Source: Paraspadella gotoi (lineage: Eukaryota > Animalia > Chaetognatha). Taken from it: DNA of 15,079 nucleotides. Location of the stretch: the NCBI GenBank assembly GCA_051294375.1, contig CM119268.1, positions 6,980,401 through 6,995,479 of the forward strand, in the 5' to 3' direction. Below are positions 10,020 to 15,079 of the stretch, piece after piece; positions within the stretch are counted from its first letter, which is position 1, and each line of letters starts with the position of its first letter. The notes beneath the pieces are model-generated. The model was given only the letters and a program-made list of their open reading frames with translations. It was not told the DNA's origin and made no database searches. Both the position numbers and the translations under genes were made by a program.

Positions 10020-10490
10020 ACGAGCCGGACCTTCGCGCTCACACAACGTTCCACGAGCTCGGGCTGCCGATCGACTTCTTACTACGTCTGGAAAAAAGTC
10101 GCCAACCGACCGCGGCCGAACGAGCCGCCGCTCGCGATCACCAAGATTCGGTCCAGCCACAAGAACGGACCGTGGCAGCAGCAGCGCAGGAGATCGAACA
10201 CGTTGCTGTGCAATGATCGCGCATCGATCACGTTCCTGGTCTTCATCTTCACCTGAATCGGAAGAAGAGAGCAAATTGGACAGCGGCAGCCGACTGCAAA
10301 CGTCAATAGGAAAAGTACGTCTCTCTTCTGGACGAAAGCAGCAGCAGCCACTGCAGTCGAAAGACAGCTGAAGAAATACGACGACGACTTTTCCGCCGAT
10401 CGTAGAAAGCGCGAGCGTGGCGGCCGCGCACACGCCGAACCCTTTCCCTGACCCAGTGCAGAGTGCCCGAACGATGTTATAACTTTAAAG
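10020..10490 (+). pseudogene. GC-rich coding-like segment (frameshifted; unknown product), copy 2
   Basis: TTC CAC GAG CTC GGG CTG CCG ATC GAC TTC (FHELGLPIDF) shows strongly C/G-ending codons; ORF 9947-10216 covers its first part. Confidence 0.4.
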
Positions 10491-10855
10491 TTAAATGACT
10501 TTAAAAAATGAGACATGTCATTAAAATGCGATCAATCATAAAGATATCACTAACTAGGCTGTTTAAAAAATGCGCAACTTAATGATTTAATTTTTTTTAA
10601 ATTTTGCACCCGGTAATGTAAGGTGAAACGTATGTAGTGATGTAACGAAGTTGAGAGGATATAATATTGTAATAGGTAAGCAAATAATGCCAGAAAGAAT
10701 ATAGTTTTGAGTAGACCAATTGACAAATAGTTTAACCTAGACTTACCAGTAAGTGAGAAGGTTTAGACATGCCCAATTTAACATATATATTCTTAAAATC
10801 AGTAATATATAGATTACTGTATCTAGTAGGAATAAATGTGGTACCTTAAAAATAG

Positions 10856-10900
10856 TTTTAAGGAAAAGATCAATACTACAAGGGTTAGAAAGAGAGATAG
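10856..10900 (+). repeat. Short direct repeat, copy A' (partner 2086-2128)
   Basis: TTTTAAGGAAAAGATCAATACTACAAGGGTTAGAAAGAGAGATAG, followed by a GA-rich tract as in copy A. Confidence 0.85.
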
Positions 10901-11412
10901 AGAGAGAAGAGAAGAGAGAGAGAGAGAAGAGAGAGAAGAGTCAAAAAAAGGCAGGCATTTATTGCATGACGAAGGCCGGTGATAAGGAGCCAAAGGACAA
11001 GCATTAAAATATTATGGGGAAAAAGAGAGAGAGAAGAGAAAGAAGAGAAGANNNNNNNNNNNNNNNNNNNNNNNNNCGTGACAGACAAGAGGCAGATAGC
11101 AGAGAGAGCAGCGCAGCGTACGAAGAGAGGAGGATCAGAGGCAGCAGGCAGTTCGGTGAGGACGAGGAGCCACGTGATCTGACGAGGGAAAAAAAGGTCG
11201 CGGACGGTGAGCTTGGTCTTCAATGAGAAGCGATGGCAGCCAATTGTGTCTAAGCGGGCATTGAAGATTGGACAGAGAAGAGATGTACGGAGAGAGACGA
11301 GATGATGAGGGAGGCAGGAGTAGATGTATGAGAGCAGATGACAGGAGGAGAGAAAGGAGAGTCGAGGAAAGGAGACGAGAGAGGAGAAGAGACGGACGGA
11401 GGAGAGCGAGAT
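10887..11412 (+). repeat. Purine (GA)-rich low-complexity region around the 25-N gap
   Basis: Imperfect GA/GAA/GAG tracts at 10887-10940, 11020-11051 and 11270-11412. Confidence 0.75.
11052..11076. other. Assembly gap (exactly 25 N)
   Basis: N-run counted directly. Confidence 0.97.
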
Positions 11413-12075
11413 TTGCAGAAGAATGATTAGCATTTCGTTTACAAGACCTTTTATTCTTTCTTGGTCGAACAAAAATTCCAAAAGGCAGATTTCCGTTTCT
11501 CTACAGAAAGGCGCGGCTTTACAGTTCACATGAATTCAGTCTGACGATTTGACTGCTGAACCGGACAATACGTGGGTTTCGAATGGTACGTTTTGAAGGC
11601 GACGGTTTTGAAGAAATTAAAAGATGGAAAATTGCTCCATTTTTAGATTCAGAGAGATGTAACATTTGTGTGATTTACGATTGTTATAGAAAGATTCAGA
11701 AGAATTTCTTTTTTTTTTTCTTTACGTGATGAATTTCAACGGTTTGGGGAAAAAATGAATCACGGATTCGCGATTTGAACCTATGAGACGTGACTGCGCG
11801 ACCTACGTTGATTAACGCGTAACAGTGATAAATTGAAATAGGAAAAAAGTTGCTATTGTCGCTCGCGATGTGTTTCAAACGGAGACAGAGAGTCGCCGCG
11901 CAGGGGATGAGAGACGAGAGGGTCACGGGAGAAGTCGCCCGCAGGATGAGACGATGGCTGAGGAATTGTATATGTCTCTTTCGATCTTCATGTTTCTCGA
12001 ATTTTCGATTCGAGAGGTCGCGTCGACGAACAAACAATTGAAGAAGAAGAAAAAGGCGGCGCCGTAGGCTATGTG

Positions 12076-12197
12076 GAGTTATTTCAGCATGGAAACGTTT
12101 GCTATCTTGAGTTATTTTTAATGAACGTTTGCTATCTGAGTTATTTCAGCATGATTATGCAACGTTTTGCGTATCTGAGTTATTTTCAATGAAAACG
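12076..12197 (+). repeat. ~31-bp minisatellite, ~3.7 copies, alternating A/B variants
   Basis: Units GAGTTATTT...ATG...AACGTTTGCTATCT start at 12076, 12109, 12138 and 12177. Confidence 0.88.
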
Positions 12198-12760
12198 CTG
12201 GAATTGAATTATATAAGAAGAATTTTCAGTTGCCTCGCAATGTGAATCGAGATGGGTTTTAAGAACGTTTGTTTAGTCATTTATAATCACATTTTTACGT
12301 TTTATCTTCTATTTGTTTACAAACAAAGTAAACTGCTTTAACGCATCACGCATTATAAACGGGGTGAAAAACCGAAAAGAATAGTTTTAACGTTTTACCG
12401 GCATTGGAATTCGCGTTTACTTGTTCTTTTTCTTCATTTTATTAATTTTCCCTGAAACTTTTTGTTCGCATACGGCGATTCAGAGCGATAAAGAAGACCT
12501 TTTCAACTAGTTTACTGAAATTCTGGATATGTCTCACGGTATTGGCCCGCACGAAATGGAGAACAGTTTCTTTTGAAATCCTTGACAACGTAGTTTAGAT
12601 TAGTTTTTACTTTGCTTTTCGATTAAAATCTGTCTTTTGTAATTATTAACTTTGTGTGATTCTATTGATTTACCGCGGCACTCCATATTCTGCTGAAATA
12701 TGGTTTTTACAGCTGGCACTATACCTTATCAAGACGTTTGCTAAAAGGAGATTTTTAGAG

Positions 12761-12820
12761 TCTTCTCACTCTCTCTCTCTCTCTCTTCGTCTCTTCTCTC
12801 TCTCTCTGTCTCTTTCTCTG
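12761..12820 (+). repeat. Imperfect (CT)n microsatellite
   Basis: CTCTCTCT tracts with short interruptions. Confidence 0.88.
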
Positions 12821-14305
12821 ATCTTTCACCCTAGTGATCTGCTTCGTCCTCCTCTATTCTTAGCTACTCTTTCTTGCCATAGAAAATGATTTTGCAATTT
12901 TTGAGTGATGGAGAATGTGTTTCAATTAAAATATAAACCAATCTCGATTATTTTGTATAAATTATTTAATAAAAACCTTTTTTTGCAATAGTAATTTACG
13001 AGTGATTACATTGTTTTTGAAAAAATTAGAGAAAATGTTAGAAAAAAAAATTAAGTGAAAAAGAAATGAAAAAAACGAGGGAGCACGAGGCAAGCAGAGG
13101 GGTAAAAGAAGATTCCGAAATCTTTTGTGTTCTTACTCGATTTGCACACACGAAAGACAGACACATGTGATTACGCATCCGTTTTTTATGGTCACTGTTC
13201 ATGTGCGGATCGTGTCACCCGACGCGTATATATAAGGCCTCTCTCATATAACAAGTTTTCGAGACTTCCCGATCCGTGGCTTTGAGAAAGATCTCAGTCC
13301 CGGTCCAGTCAGCGAGAGTCGGAGGCAACCAAGGCAAAAGTGTTTAAAATTCTCGAGATGGCTATGTGACTATAGCATTAAACAGCACCCCCAGTTTTCT
13401 AAAATTTACAACCCACGTTGTTGTCAAACAATATTTTTATAATAGTAAAAGAAAGTGACAGTAACTAAAGTGGCATGACTAATTAACGCCAGAGATAACC
13501 AAAAAAATACAGGAAAATTAAAAACAAGGAACGAGGAGATAAAAAAAAAAAAAGAGGAAAAGAAGTTGCATTGAAGATGTTTCCCTATTGACCCCGATGC
13601 GTTTAGTGCACATTTTACCGGATGATTGAGAACCGCCAGATTGTGACCGTCTTCGTTAGAATCGAGGGAAGGACGAGCGAGAGGAAGAGACTGGATCGTA
13701 AGATGAGGAAGCAGTTAAAAAATGAGCCAAGAAAACGGAGGATGAAGGATGAGAAGAGGAGATGAGACAGCCATAAAATCGGGGAGAGACGAGAGCTAGA
13801 GAAAGCGCCCGATTCGCCGCGAGTGGCAATAAAGGCTCATTTACCGGTAAGTGATCAGAACCGCTGATACAGTCGCTGCAGACGGCGAATGGCGCTGATC
13901 TATAAGAGCCAGAGGAACGGCTGGGAGAGATGAGGTTGGTCAGAAAAAGAAATAACAGAGGCGCGTTTGAAGTCCAGAGATTTTCCTGGATAGGGGAGAT
14001 TAGGGTGGTAAGGTTTTTTAGATAAGGATATTGCTATGTTGAAACGCAAGGCTGCGAGACGTTACCGGCGGTCATGCCACACAGCGTCAGTCGGGCGCAA
14101 GTAAATGCAGTCAATGCGTTTCGTCATGCTTCGTCGCTATCCGACTTCTGAGACGAAAATCGTGAAAGTGAAAAACTTGATTTTCTGCTTGCCAGAGGAA
14201 AAGAAAACAGATAAGACTAATGGATCCCGGAATACAGTAACAATCTTAAATCGAAAGGTAAAAGCCGATAAAATGAAATGATTAGTAAAAGGAGCGGGTC
14301 GGATT

Positions 14306-14308
<3 letters not shown>

Positions 14309-14342
<34 letters not shown>
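14309..14342 (+). repeat. (GA)17 microsatellite
   Basis: Perfect GA run. Confidence 0.96.
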
Positions 14343-14344
<2 letters not shown>

Positions 14345-14744
14345 CAGTAAAAATAGAGAAAAACGAGAAGAGCATAAAATCGGTGAAAAGTATAAAATAT
14401 ATTCGGTGAGAAGGTTAAGCAAATAACGAGCTTTTCCTTGTATTTCACGAAGGTCGAGAAAAGAGATTTGGAGAAAATTAAGAAGGGGGAGTCACTGAGT
14501 CAAAATTATACTACTTTTTAAACGTAATGGAAATAGATTATAAATTCTCTCTGAGAGAAAATTTTAATCTTTTATTATTTAATCATTTCATCCTGTCTCT
14601 TCAAATATTTCACGCAACCTGAAACCGCTAAAAAAATTATCGATAACCGATATTCTTAGGAGAAACTTTTTACAAGAAACAAAACAGAGAGTATTAAGAA
14701 TATTATCAATTTTTATTTAAAATTTGTCCTTGGTTTTAAAGAAT

Positions 14745-14980
14745 GCTATTTCTCATTCTTTTAAATTTAAATCATGCAAATTTCTGCTTTTTTTTTTCTT
14801 CTTACTTTATTCCCCCCATCCGCTTTATTTGCTTTTATATCTTTATTTTTTTATCTCTTCTCTTCCCCTTACTTTTCATTTTCTTTCTTTTCTCTTTATA
14901 TTTTCCTTTTTTTTTTCTTTATTTATTATTTTTCATTCTTCCCTGAAACTTATTTTCCTTTTTCCACGATTCTTTTCCTT
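14745..14980 (+). repeat. T/pyrimidine-rich low-complexity tract
   Basis: Very few G residues over ~230 bp; it explains the F/L-rich ORF 14743-14946. Confidence 0.8.
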
Positions 14981-15079
14981 TGGCGCCGTCGACTTGACTC
15001 ATTCGATATTCGAGTCTTACGTTACGCTGATAAATACTCGACAACGAAAAAAACAGAAGAGAAAGAGAGTGAAGAGTTT

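Larger units (their letters stand above)
9859..10855 (+). repeat. Long direct repeat, copy 2 (~1.0 kb; partner 2168-~3400)
   Basis: Same ordered anchors as copy 1, including the heptamer array, the GC-rich segment and the AT-rich tail. Confidence 0.92.

Noticed and set aside
2168-10855. Canonical LTR retrotransposon (Gypsy/Copia/BEL)
   Set aside because: No gag, protease, RT (YxDD), RNase H or integrase motifs recognised; no TG...CA ends, PBS or 4-6 bp TSD seen.
13225-13300. TATA box (TATATAAG) plus TCAGT initiator
   Set aside because: Spacing is ~60 nt rather than ~25-30, and there is no downstream gene evidence.
14743-14946. F/L-rich membrane-protein-like ORF
   Set aside because: It is a translation of a T-rich low-complexity tract.

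Overview
This is eukaryotic (probably invertebrate) draft-assembly sequence with two N-gaps (758-1064, 307 N; 11052-11076, 25 N), many micro- and minisatellites, and no intact, recognisable protein-coding gene. Most ORF-track entries are by-products of repeats. The main structure is an ~8.8 kb block (about 2086-10900). It is bracketed by a ~43 bp direct repeat and carries a 1.0-1.2 kb direct repeat at each end (2168-~3400 and 9859-~10855). The two long copies differ mainly by dense small indels, so much of the window looks like uncorrected long-read gap-fill sequence. Inside the block are: a GC-rich exon-like segment present in both long copies; a possible LINE 3' remnant; a ~1.7 kb frameshift-riddled + strand coding-like region whose hand-stitched protein resembles a negative-strand RNA virus (chuvirus/mononegavirus-type) nucleoprotein, i.e. 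a candidate endogenous viral element; and a minus-strand segment with canonical splice signals. All protein identities are inferences from manual frame-stitching and need database confirmation.
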